Below are positions 1-11,100 of a stretch of 64,000 bases of DNA, one piece after another. How positions within the stretch are numbered: position 1 is the first letter of the stretch; the number at the start of each line of letters is the position of its first letter. Source of the DNA: Caecitellus pseudoparvulus (lineage: Eukaryota > Protista > Bigyra: Bicosoecida); contig CBFFRQ010000200.1 in assembly GCA_965644315.1 (NCBI GenBank), forward strand, positions 30,429 to 94,428, read 5' to 3'. Under the pieces are notes generated by a model. The model ran no database searches, was not told where the DNA came from, and was given only the letters and a program-made list of their open reading frames with translations. A program made the translations under genes and the position numbers.

Positions 1-1323
1 AGCGTGTCGCAGCCACCAAGCTACCGCATCGTGCGGCCCGCAACACGCTCCCAGCACCATGGGCGGCAGCTGGCGATAGGGCGAAAAGTGCAGCCCCGTG
101 CCTTTCTTGGCGCCCAGCAACGCCCGCCAAGCGGCAGCGTCAAAGCTGGGCCCGGGCGCAGGCGTGGCGGTGGGTGAGGGGGGCGGTCGGAAGGCTGCAG
201 CCACAGCGACCCCCGCTTCGTCCCGACAAGCTACGCGGAGCGCTGAGAGGCCGAGGGAGAGACGAGCATGCTGCTCCTGCAGGTGCTGGAGGCGGGGCGT
301 GCGAGGCAGGCTCTTGGCGTCCAGGATGAAGGGCCAGTACCACGAGGCAGCCGACGCGACCATAACGAATGTGACCGTGTTCAGGATATGTGAGGGGCAG
401 TGGTAGTTCAGCTGTCGCACAGTCGCGGAGACGGGCGCGGTGAAGGCGATGGTGAGCTGGAAGGGCACCACCACTATCGCCACTGCCATGGTGATGGCCA
501 GCTCCCGCGCGATGTTGTACTGGTCTGTGATGCGGTGTTGGATGAAGAGGCGCACGAGCCAGATGATGCCCCCTCCGTACACCTGTGAGGGCGGGGACCG
601 GGGCGGGTGGTGATCCGTGGCAGTCGCAAGCAAGGTGCCCTTTGCGCGGGGAACGCACGGCCAGGGAAATGAAGATGGGCACCGAGTCCCAGCCGCCGAA
701 AACGAAGCAGCTGCGCCTGTCCCAGCGACCCGCTTCCAACGACAACTGCAATGCCACACCTAAGACGCAGCACACCAGCTGCAGCGCCAGGGCAATGTAT
801 GGATTCCTGTGCAGTGTGGCGGCAGGCAGTGAGTGCGGGAATGCGTCGCTGTAGGTGCTGGGGCAGGCGTCGCCGTGCCGCTGTGCGGCCTGCAAAACCC
901 CGGCGAAACGCCCACTCACCAACCAGCGACTAGCCAGCCGTAACGAGGGCGAAGGCGGGGCTCAAACAGCACCGCCAAGCGAAGTCCCCTCCAAATGTAG
1001 AACCAGCCCAGGGGCGGCACAAAGTAGGGCATGAAGAGGATGGCTCGGCAGAAGGCCGGGTGCCCAACAGCTTCATCGCCAAGCATGCCCGTGCGGGAAG
1101 CCTCGTAACTCCACACGATCACGCCCAGCGCGGCAATGTACCCGTGTGTCAGGGGCACAGACCACCACAGCCGCTTGCCTGGGTCGCACGGCAGGCGCCG
1201 CCCGCTCACCAGCGCCCGCTGGCAGCAGACATAGGCGGCAAACACGCAAGCAAACCCCGCTGTCGCAGCGACCAGCAGCAGGAGCGTCTTCGCGGAGACG
1301 CTGGGCTGCGCAGGGGCCTCCAT
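1..1323 (-). CDS. Multi-pass (7TM-like) membrane protein, possibly the N-terminal half of a 7TM-RGS protein; continues beyond the left edge
   Basis: ATG at 1323 (MEAPAQPSV). Predicted introns 919-807 (GTGAGT..CACAG) and 658-583 (GTGCGT..CACAG) join several hydrophobic helices: LLLLVAATAGFACVFAAYV, GYIAALGVIVW, FYIWRGLRLAVLF, YIALALQLVCCVLGV, VYGGGIIWLV, TDQYNIARELAITMAVAIVVV. The D-x-Y-x-I-x-x-EL loop resembles 7TM-RGS proteins. No RGS domain is visible in the window. Confidence 0.55.
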
Positions 1324-1707
1324 GGCACCGCAGAGCGAAGAGATACAAGGCGGGTGCATGGGTTGTTAGTGCGTGCGTGCGGCGCTGGGCGTCGCGGAGG
1401 CACCGCGCAGACTCCGCTGCGTGTCTCTTTCGTTTTGCGCAGCCGGCATGACAGCGCTTGATGTGCTGGGTGTGGCGCTGCGCCCATGTCACGCTCGTGG
1501 CAGCTGCACCCCCCTGCACGGGCAGGGGTGCCCCAGTCGGCCTACTATCACAATGCCGCGGGGTTGCCACATTCGTTCTTGTTTCCATGCCTACCTTCAG
1601 GCACGGCAGGGAAGGCCAAGTTCCCGACCTCGTACTGCAGCTGTTGTTTCCTGCACACACTTCGAAGGGCCAGGCCGCAGGCCAGCCTGACGTGTCGTTT
1701 GCACAGC

Positions 1708-4700
1708 ATGGCAGCGATTCGACAGATCGCCCTGCGAGTGCTACACAGGGGCAATGGACACCTGGGATGCTTAACCCTGTGGCCTGCAGCGCTGCGAAGC
1801 CACGCTTGCCATGGTCATGTTCCGCACATGTCCACAGCAAGCGCTGCTCCTCGCAGCATGGTGCAGGTTCTGGGGGAACTGGGTCAATTCCTAAGGAATG
1901 GGAGTGCTACAAACGGAAAATGCTCAGCCCCTTCGGTTGCAGGCGTCGTGGAAGCCGCAAAGCGCTGTGACGGGCAAGGGCTCCAGGAGGCTGCGGAAAT
2001 TGCGAGGCACCCCGACACGCTGGCCGCTCACCGCGTCGCAGCCCATGCCGCTGTGGCAGTGTCTGGGCTGAGGGCAGGCGCTAGCTCTACTGAACAGGCC
2101 GAGGGACTGAAGTCCATGTCTGCTCTGCTGTGGGCCATTCGTGGGGAGCGAGGGCAGTCCATGCGCAACGCACGCTTGGCAGGCGCATTCCAAGAGGCGC
2201 TGCCCCACGCCTCGGCAGCCTTCCTGGCGCCCATCCTGGACGCCCACAGTGCAGGCGAGGGTACTTTCAACACGCTGCAGGCTTCCCTCCGCCTCGTGCT
2301 GCCACTGCACGAAGCAGGGTCTCAGGCACCGCCTGCAACGCCAGACGACGTTTTGCAAGCTTGCTGCGTGGTGCTGGCTGAGGGCAGTGGGCACTGCCTG
2401 CCCACCGCTGCGCCTGGCACCGCCCAGGCTCTTGCACAGGACCTCATTGCGGCGGGCACGGGTCGAACCTGCGCCGCATCGTGGAGTGCCGCGGGCCTCA
2501 CTGCCTGGCTGTCCGCTCTGTCAGAGCTCTCGCCACACGCCACTCCCAGCGCCCCCGCCGCAGCGGTGGAAGCAGTTGTGACTGCCGCACAGCAGCAGCC
2601 GGCGGACGTTCAGGTGGAGCACTTTGCACTGGCCGCTGCCTGCTTGGTACGAGGGGGGCTGCACACCCCCTCAACCCCCGATGCCATTGTCGAGCTGTGC
2701 ACGGTGCTGGCAGAGTGGTCTGGCATCCTGCACCCACAGGGCACTGCAGCCGCTGCCCTTCGACCAGTGGATGCCGCCGCTGCACCACACGTGTTGGGGA
2801 ACCTGCTGGTGATGGCTGCAGAGGGCGCTTCAGAGAGCTCCCACGCCACACGGGCATCAGCCCTGGCTGACTCGCTGCAGCCCTTTCTGACTGCTCCCCA
2901 GGCGCCAACAGCACTGTCCCCACTGTGGGACGCTGCTTTAGGCGCGTTTGTCGCCTGGACAGCCCCCGCCCACCTCGCTGAGCTCATGCAGACCCTGGCC
3001 AGCAGGGGCCTGCGGTGCTCCACGGCTGGCTTGCGAGCTGTCGTTGCCGCACGGGGGACAGCCAGCCAACGGGCGTTCGAGCTCAAGGCACACCTGGCCG
3101 ATCCGGCGTCACTGCCCTTTCCACCTCCGGAAGGCCAAGGCGCCCTGCAAGGCGCCGCTGCAGACATTGAGGGGCAGGCCTTGGCTCCTCCGCTGCGCAT
3201 GCTGCCTGAGGGGGGGGCGGGCGCAGGTGTGGCTTCGCAGGCACTTGAGAGCGGTGCAATTGGGGGCATTGAAAAGGGTTTGACGGCGGTGTTCCACCCC
3301 CCCCCTCAGAGGCAAGGGTCGAGGGGGAGTCCTGCACTGGCCCCAGTGGCCAGCGGCGGCCAACCTGCCAAGCCACCCACACCACCCCTACCCCCTGCCA
3401 AGGCGCCTCTCAGCGTCAAGTTCACCCAAGACCAGTGGCAGACAGTGCTGGCCGGCGCACTGGCCATCACTGCCCACCCCCTGGCTGTGCTGGAGGCAGC
3501 TCAGACAGAGCTGCACGGGGGATCTGAGGCCAGCGCTGATGCGCGGCTGAAGTCCACTGGCGCCACTGTGGCTGCCACTGCGCCCTGGGCAGAGGCGCAG
3601 TACTGCCAAGGCATTGCTGCCCTAGCAGTGCATGCTGGGCAGCTGGCAGTGGAGGCGGCTGTGGCGCCTGCTACGACTGCTGCCACGACCGGACAGGGCA
3701 GCGGCGTGCCCCCCCCCTCCTCCCGCCCCACCTCCAGCACAGCCCACGCCCTGCGCCTGGGCATGCTGCCAGGACACGTGCCCTCGTGCCACAGGGGGCC
3801 TGCCAGCCAGGGCCCCTTTCCCTCTGACGCAGAGGTGTGGGCACCGGGCCTGCCTGTTGCACAGTCGCCGCCTGGTTTGGCTGCCCTGTGGGGTGGCGCC
3901 ACCACCGCCCCAGAGACCGCCCTCGCCACTGACCTCCGCATTGTCCTGGCGGCGGCCGGCGCTGCCGGGGATGTGAAGCGGGCTGTGCAGGTGGGGGATG
4001 TGCTGGGCGCCTTGCCCGGCGGCCTCACCAGTGGCGACTTCGAAGGCCTGCTGCATGCCTGTGAGCGAGCAAGGCAGCCCAACCGCGCAGATGCGCTGCT
4101 GGCAGCGATGAAGACCGCGACTGGCGGCATCACGCCCACTGCTGTCGCGAGCACTGTGGGTGCCCACCTGGACAGTGGCAATGCGTACGCTGGAATGGCA
4201 CACCTCATGACCGCGTCCACGGCAGGCATGGCCCTGCCCGAGCGTGTGTACTGGGCGGCAATGGATGCCTGTGGTGACGCAGACGCCGTGGGAGCTGTGC
4301 TGGATGCACTGCAGGCGGGTGTGGAGGCGGGGCATGCGCGCCTGGCAGCGGTGCTGGGGCGCCTACACCCGCGTGGCAACATTAACGTCACCGGGCTGGG
4401 GGGTGGCGCTGCCCGGTGTGTGGTGTGGGACACGCTGCGTGCCCTGCGGCGGGCAGCCGAGCTGGGGCAGGACGTGCCTAGCCAGCTGCGCTTGCACCAC
4501 CGGCCCCGCCAAGCTGAGCCGTTGGAGGGCACGCTGCTGTCCCTGGACCCGCCTCTGCACAGCATCCAGCGCGTGTCGGCGTCAGGCCTGCCCTACCGGT
4601 GGGTGCCTCGCGAGAGCTGGTTGGCCTGGCTCACCACCCCCGCTGCCATGGACGAGGAGGGCGAGGCCTGGGAGGAGGCGGCCCACCTGCCAGCGTACGT

Positions 4701-5121
4701 GGCACAGGGCGCCCCCGCTGAGCGTGGGTCACCGACCGTCATCCCAGGTCTGCCCAGCTCAGTGCTGGACCAGCCTGCCTCGGCGCCCTCCCCCCCCGTG
4801 GCGGCCCCTGGGGGCCAGCGAGAGGGGGGTTTCCAGCGCTGGCGCCGGGCAGAGGCCAAGTCTGTGGCGCGCCGTAGAGCGCGCCTGCAGGCGGATGCGG
4901 CAGTGGCTCGAGCCGACGTGGCGCGGCGGCGGGCAGCAGCGCAGAGCGCCAAGGCCGCTGCGCGCAGTCAGGCTGCTCTGCGGCAGTCTGTGGGGCACAA
5001 GGATGCCGCCCTGCTGGAGGAGCTGCTGACTGGGCAGGGGCTGCCTGTCGCCACGGCCCGTGCTGCCAAGGCCAGGCACGGCTTCGCGCCACACATGGAC
5101 AGGCGGGGGAGTGGGCAGTGA
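1708..5121 (+). CDS. Ala-rich protein with a few PPR-like repeats and a degenerate Smr-like segment; probable mitochondrial presequence
   Basis: First ATG 1708 (MAAIRQIALRVLHRG, Arg-rich and acid-free). PPR-like units DFEGLLHACERARQPNRADALLAAMK and VYWAAMDACGDADAVGAVLDAL, followed by INVTGLGGGAARCVVWDTLRAL. Confidence 0.6.
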   Translation: MAAIRQIALRVLHRGNGHLGCLTLWPAALRSHACHGHVPHMSTASAAPRSMVQVLGELGQFLRNGSATNGKCSAPSVAGVVEAAKRCDGQGLQEAAEIARHPDTLAAHRVAAHAAVAVSGLRAGASSTEQAEGLKSMSALLWAIRGERGQSMRNARLAGAFQEALPHASAAFLAPILDAHSAGEGTFNTLQASLRLVLPLHEAGSQAPPATPDDVLQACCVVLAEGSGHCLPTAAPGTAQALAQDLIAAGTGRTCAASWSAAGLTAWLSALSELSPHATPSAPAAAVEAVVTAAQQQPADVQVEHFALAAACLVRGGLHTPSTPDAIVELCTVLAEWSGILHPQGTAAAALRPVDAAAAPHVLGNLLVMAAEGASESSHATRASALADSLQPFLTAPQAPTALSPLWDAALGAFVAWTAPAHLAELMQTLASRGLRCSTAGLRAVVAARGTASQRAFELKAHLADPASLPFPPPEGQGALQGAAADIEGQALAPPLRMLPEGGAGAGVASQALESGAIGGIEKGLTAVFHPPPQRQGSRGSPALAPVASGGQPAKPPTPPLPPAKAPLSVKFTQDQWQTVLAGALAITAHPLAVLEAAQTELHGGSEASADARLKSTGATVAATAPWAEAQYCQGIAALAVHAGQLAVEAAVAPATTAATTGQGSGVPPPSSRPTSSTAHALRLGMLPGHVPSCHRGPASQGPFPSDAEVWAPGLPVAQSPPGLAALWGGATTAPETALATDLRIVLAAAGAAGDVKRAVQVGDVLGALPGGLTSGDFEGLLHACERARQPNRADALLAAMKTATGGITPTAVASTVGAHLDSGNAYAGMAHLMTASTAGMALPERVYWAAMDACGDADAVGAVLDALQAGVEAGHARLAAVLGRLHPRGNINVTGLGGGAARCVVWDTLRALRRAAELGQDVPSQLRLHHRPRQAEPLEGTLLSLDPPLHSIQRVSASGLPYRWVPRESWLAWLTTPAAMDEEGEAWEEAAHLPAYVAQGAPAERGSPTVIPGLPSSVLDQPASAPSPPVAAPGGQREGGFQRWRRAEAKSVARRRARLQADAAVARADVARRRAAAQSAKAAARSQAALRQSVGHKDAALLEELLTGQGLPVATARAAKARHGFAPHMDRRGSGQ

Positions 5122-5134
5122 TGCTTCCTGCTGT

Positions 5135-5146
5135 AATGCATGCATT
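5135..5146. terminator. Palindromic AATGCATGCATT: candidate bidirectional 3'-end (polyadenylation) signal
   Basis: Perfect 12-bp palindrome in the 68-bp gap between the convergent stops at 5121 (+) and 5190 (-); it gives AATGCA on each strand. Confidence 0.5.
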
Positions 5147-5189
5147 GCAACGCTGACGCTGGGGCAAGCTGGGTGCACCCAGGTGCAAC

Positions 5190-8100
5190 TCAAGCCTTGC
5201 GCGCTTTCTTGGCCGATTTCTTGGCGGACTTTTTCGCGGACTTTTTCGCGGACTTTTTTGCAGACTTGGCGCTCGCGGGCGCTGCTGGCGTGGCCACTGC
5301 CTCGTCCTCACCGCGACGGCGCTTGGCGCCACCGACGGCGCCCGGCGTGCTGGGGGGTGCAATAGACGCAGCTGCTTGCACCTGCATGCCCACTGCCGGG
5401 GCGGCCGACAGGTGTGCCCCGCTGCCCCATGCCGCACGCACTTGGGCCAGCTCCAGAGCAGGCTGCGCGACCGCCGGCCACTCAGCGCCAGGGGACGCGT
5501 GGGGCCGAGATCGCGAGGCAGAGTGGCCCGTCAACAGGCCTTGCAGCGCCAGCACGTGCCCTGGGCTGGGTTGCCCAACGGCTTGCAGCAGAGCCGCAGC
5601 AGCAGGGGCATTCAGGTCGGCCCCTGCCGCACGCAGCAGGGCTGCCTGCTGTGGTGTCAGGTGCTGGGTCGGGAGGGCTAGGGCGGCGTGGACCAGGGCT
5701 CGTGGGGCGGCGGGGCAGGCAGCCGCAATGCTAGCACTGGCGCGGATGCCGGTGGGGGCCTGGGCGGCCACGGGCAGCAGAGTGCTGGCGGCTTGGGCGG
5801 CCAACTGTTCCGCCTCCGGCATCAGCTGTTCCTGGCCACAGCCGACGAGCGTGGTCAGGGCGTGCCCTGCCGCATCCAGCAGCCCAGCTGCCTGGGACGG
5901 CGGCTGGGGCACCCCGTGAGCCACCCACGCGCCTGCCGAGCCCACGAGGCCCAGCACTGCCAGCAGCGTGGGGGCCAGGAAGGCTGTGTGCGCGCTGCCA
6001 GTGGCGCTGCCCAGCACGGCGCCGGCCTGCTGCGCGATGCGGAGCAGGAGGCTGGTGTTGGGCAGGAAGGGGCGGTGCGTGCATGGGGTGGAGCCGGGCG
6101 CCGGTGCCAGCAGCACCTCCCCGCCGCCGAAGGCCGCCACCCAGTGCGCCTGGTGCAGCAGGAGGCGCAGGGCTGCCCCGGCCGTGTCCAGGGCAGAGGC
6201 GGCTGTGGCGATGGCGGTGGACAGGGTGCGGAGGCGAGCATCAGCTGCCGCTGCGGCGTTGTCGTCGCCCTCGCCGCCCTCGTCACCCCCTGCCTCGTCG
6301 TCGTCTTGCTCTGGGGTGGCGGTGCCCCCCTCCCCCTCCTCCTCCACAGCTCCCTCCAGTGTCAGGGCCACCTCCTCAGCCGCCAGGGCACTGACCATGT
6401 CCACCACTGCCAAGCGATCGGCCACGATGGCCAGAGCGCCCTCCAAGCACGCCTCCGCCAGCAGCCCATACTCAGCTCCAAGTGCTGAGATGCGCCTGTC
6501 AGTGGCTGCACTGTCCAGGGCTGGGGAGTGGGGTGGGGGTCCACGGGGGTCTGTGAACGGAGTTGCCAGTCCCAACAGCGAACTCTCCTTGCGGTGCACA
6601 AATTCGACAGAAGCCACGTACATGTGCTGCCCGGCAGCCAGCACCTGCTGCAGAGTGCGCAAGGCGCTGTCGGCGGCGGAGGAAGTCAGGCTCCCCGCAG
6701 ACGAGCCGGTGGCCAGCTCTGCCAGGCGAGCGTGCAGGGTGGCTGACAGAGCAGCCAGGGCGCCGCTGTGCCGCCACATGGGCACGGCTGCCACCCCCAC
6801 TCGCGGCCCCACAGTGCCAGGGGTGTCTGAGCGGTCCACACCATCAGCGTCTGTCGTCGTGGGCTCTGCTGCCTCAGTCTCTTCCTCACCGGCTGGGCTC
6901 TCACTCCCCGCGAGGTCCACGTCGTCATCATCATCGGAGTCTGAGCCGGAGTCTGAGCCGGAGTCTGAGCCGGAATCCGAGCCGGAGTCTGAGCCGGAGT
7001 CAGAAATCGCTGCTGACGGCTTGCCTGGTGCAGCAGCGATGAAGGGCACACGCAGGGCCGCCACTCTGGCCAGCAGGGCCAGGATCATGCTGCGGCCGTA
7101 CGCATCGAGGTAGGGCGCCCCCAACATGGAGGTGAGGAGGCCGAGGCCAAAGCGACGCTGCAGGGCGTTCACGTCTGCCGAGGCGTGCAGGGAGCGCGAG
7201 AGCAGGCGCAGGATCCAGCCACGGTGCCCCGTGACGTTGGCGCCGGTGGCGTGCAGGGTGGACATGAACATGGGCACGTCGCGGTGCGACAGGGCGCCCT
7301 CCGGCCGGCTGAGCAGGAACTTGGACACGTGTTCGTACATGGCCTTGTGGCTCTGCATGGCCAGCAGCAGGGCGTCGGCGATGAAGGCGGTGAGCGTGGA
7401 GGGCAGGCGCTGCAGGGGTGCCTGCACCGAGTTTCGCAAAACCGTCAGCACGAGCTGCACCTGCGTGCGCTCCCGGAAGCCCACCTGCTCTGCTGGCTCC
7501 ACGGCCCGCAGGTACGTGGTCAGCACACCGTACGCCGCCTCTCGCGTGGATAGGCGTGCTGAGGACAGGAACATGGTCACGAGGGAGAGCAGGCCGGATG
7601 AGACGAACTTAGGCAGGGGGGCGCCGGCATCCGCCAGGGCAAATCCCACTGCAGGCAGGATGTAGGACGGGTCGTACACCGAGTTGGCAGTGTGGCTGGC
7701 CGGCAGTAGCGCCCTGAAGGCGCCGGCGTGGGCGCTGGAGGCGCCGTGCGTGGCGCCGTGTCCCCCTCGCAGCGACGCGCCACTGCCGGGAGCTGGGTTG
7801 AGGGCAGTGAGGGCGGCGGCAGAGGCAGGCGGCAGGGCGTGGTGGAAGATGTCGTGGAAGACGTCTTGCCCCGGGACTGCCGTGGGGTGGGAGGTGAGGC
7901 CTGGCAGGCGGGTGGCCGGGGCCATGTCGCTGTGGCGCGCGGGGGACAGAAGGCCCGCGCCCTCCTCCACCGCATCCTCCACCACCTCGTCCTTCACGCC
8001 ACGGTAGATGGGCAGGTGGGCCATGGTGGCCTGCAGGCGCGCCCAGGACAGGCCCAGGGTGGCGCCGTCTGCCGACCCCCCCGCCAGGGCAAACAGCCAC

Positions 8101-11100
8101 TCCATACTGTCATCCCGCACATCCAAGCGGGTGGAGGAGCGTAGGGCACGGGTGTCCACTGCAGCGAGGGGGGACAGGTGCACTGGGGGCGGTAGGGCCC
8201 ACTCGGAGGCGTTGGGCGCCCAGCTCACCACCTTGTCTTTCACGCGCCCCCCGCCGACACAGCCTAGGGCGGCGAGGAGGAGCGGGTCCACCTGGGCCAG
8301 GGCCGGCTCCTCTTCAGACAGCAGGCTCTGCCCCGCCACGGCCAGGGCTGACGGGGAGGCGAAGGGGATGGCTGCTGCCCCCCAGCGCCAGTAGATCTTG
8401 GCAGGGGACACGCCAGCCCGCGTGCAGGCCTGCAGAGCACGGCGGATGAGGCGGTCCGCTAGGGACAGGCTGGCGCCGTAGGCTGCTTGGAGGAGGGCGG
8501 CCAGGGGGGCCGTCGCCAGGGTCTCCTCGTCTGCCAGCACGCAGCGCAGCAAGAGCTGCAGCAGGGGCAGCACACGCCCCTCGCGGTGAGCCTGCCCTGT
8601 TGCCCCAGCGCCTGCCAGCTCCACGCCACTTGTGGGCTGCCCCGTCACCAGGACGGGCAGCAGCTGTTCCGTCGTGAGCAGTGCGAACAGGGCATGGGCG
8701 GAGAGGGCAGGGGGGTGCCCCTCCTGCACGTGGGGTGGGCCCAGAGCGGACACACCAGGAACGAGCGTCGCCAGTAAGAGGCGCGCAGATGCCAAGGCAG
8801 CACAGGTGCCTGGCGGCAGCAGCAGCGCGTCTGGGGACGGCGGTGGGCCGTCTGTCAGCCCCTCGCTCAGGCCGGCCAGGGCCAGGAGGGTGGACCCCAG
8901 CTCCGCCACGGCGTCGGCATTGCGGCCCAGGGCGGGAGGGATGTCGCTGCGCCCCAGCAGAGTGTGCAGGGTGGCGGCGGCCGAGTGTACATCAGCTGCG
9001 AGGCGAGCAAAGGCTGCAGGGGGCAGGGGCAGCCCTGCGCCCTCCGTCGAAGGCCGCGCCACCACCCCCGTGCAGGAGGCAGCCTGTGTCAGAAGCAGGG
9101 CAGGCAGGCCCTCCCGCAGGACACAGGCAGCAGCCAGGGCGGCGTGGCACAGCACCTCCACATCTTCCTCCCGTGCCGCTAGCACCAGGGCAGCGGTGGA
9201 GGCCAGCGGCGTGGGCGTGTGCATGGTCAAGTGCTCGCCCAAAGCGGTTGGGGCGGGCAGTGGCAGAGGGGGCGACGCCCGCGCTGCCTGGAGCAAGGCC
9301 CGCACCGCTGCCCTGCAGGGGGCTGCGAGGGGGGGGTGCCCGCCCAGCCCGCCCACTGCCCGCAGCAAGAGGGGGTCAATGTGCACAAGGTCCGTGGCGA
9401 GGGGCGTGGAGGGGGGGTCTGCGCCGCTCCACGCGCCCTCTGCCACCACCCCCTGCACAGCCACCGCCAGGGACAGCAGGCACGTGGCAGAGGGTGGGGA
9501 CAGAGCCCACGGTGCGACACGTGCTGCCCGGAGCAGGGCAGGCAGCAGGGCCACGGCAGAGGCAGAGGCGACGGTGTCACTGCCGCTGGCCAGGACGGCC
9601 CAGTCGCCCTGGAGCAGGGCCGGCACCACCTCTGCCGCGCGGGTCTCTGCCCGCTGCAGCAGTGTGAGGGAGAGGCTTGCGAAGCGCCCGATGGCGGCGG
9701 CCGAGGGGCCGTGGGTGGTGGCGAGGGAGCCAGCCAGTGCCACGGCGCCGGGGACTGCCTCGGAGCCCGCGACCTGGGCGTTGGCGGTGGCGTCAGCCAG
9801 GGCGGCGGGCAGGGTGTGGGCGCCGAGCAGGGCGCGTGTGGCGCTGACGGCAGCGTGGGGGGCGGTGGAAGGTGCGGGAGCCCCCACACACTCAGCCACA
9901 GCAGTGCGCAGTTGGGACACAGCTGCCACGAGGGGTGGCGGCAGGCCCGCCGCCGGCGTGGACACCAGGGCCAGGAAGGGGGACACGCCGCCCTCGCGGC
10001 TCGTCACGAGGGCAGGTAGCACCAGCCACCCACCCGCCGACACAGCCGCCGTCACAGCTGCCACGCCCTGCACGGCAGCTGCGCAAGTGTCGCTGGGCGC
10101 AGTGGGCTGCAGCTGGCCGAGTGCCTCGTGCAGGACGTGGTTCACGGCAGTGCACACGACCTGAGGTCGTGCCCGCGTCACCCGTGCCGCCTCCAGCGCC
10201 AGCACCCGTGCCGCCAGGGGCAGGGGCACCTTGGTGCTCTGCAGGCCTCGCAGCAAGTGCGTCAGCAGCACTTCAGCGCGGGCAGTGTGTCGGCCACTGG
10301 CAGTGCCAGGGGCTGGCGATGGCCCGCCACTGCGGGGGGCGGTGTCCAGGACACTGGCCACCAGTCCCGCCACGGCGCCCCATGCCGCTGGAGGCAGGGC
10401 GGCGTCGGCCTCCAGCGCTGCCAGGGCCTCCTGCAGCAGCAGCTCCGTGAGGCAGGCCAGTGCTCGGCGGTGGGCGGGGGAGTGGCCTGATCGGCCCACA
10501 CGGCCCTGGGCAGGGGGTGGCGCCAGCACCCGCTGCACGAGGGTGGTCAGCACTGCCGCTCCGGTGGGTGTGCTGGCCTGTGCGAGGGCCGCCCGTGCCG
10601 CGGCCATGAAGGCGCCCACCGTGCCAGGTGACAGGCTGACACTGGACACGGTGGCCAGCAGGCGGCGGTGTCCCTTGAGCAGCTGCAGGGCGGTGATGCC
10701 GGCCACCACTTCGGGGGCCAGGCCGGCAGAGAGGGCGACGAGGGGGGGTACCGCCGCCATGGCCCGGCGCCCGGCATCCCGCAGACCAGCCACGAGGGCC
10801 GTGGCGTTGTCCTCTTCTGGATGCGCCAGACACCGTGCCACGAGGGCGGCCTGGGGTCCATCAGTGGGCAGCAGCTCCGCCGCTCCCCGCAGCAGAGCTG
10901 GCACTGCGTCCGTGACGGCAGAGGGGGACGCCAGGTCTGCCAGGGTGGACAGGGGGCGGCTGCAGCCTGGCTGGCGGGCAGGGAGGAGGGCGGCGAGGGC
11001 CGCCGCCACACCCCCCGCCACCACCTTGGGACTGCCCCCCCCCACCAGCAACAGGGACACCAGGGCGGCCTGCTGTGCGGAGGCGGCCGCGCCCCCCACG

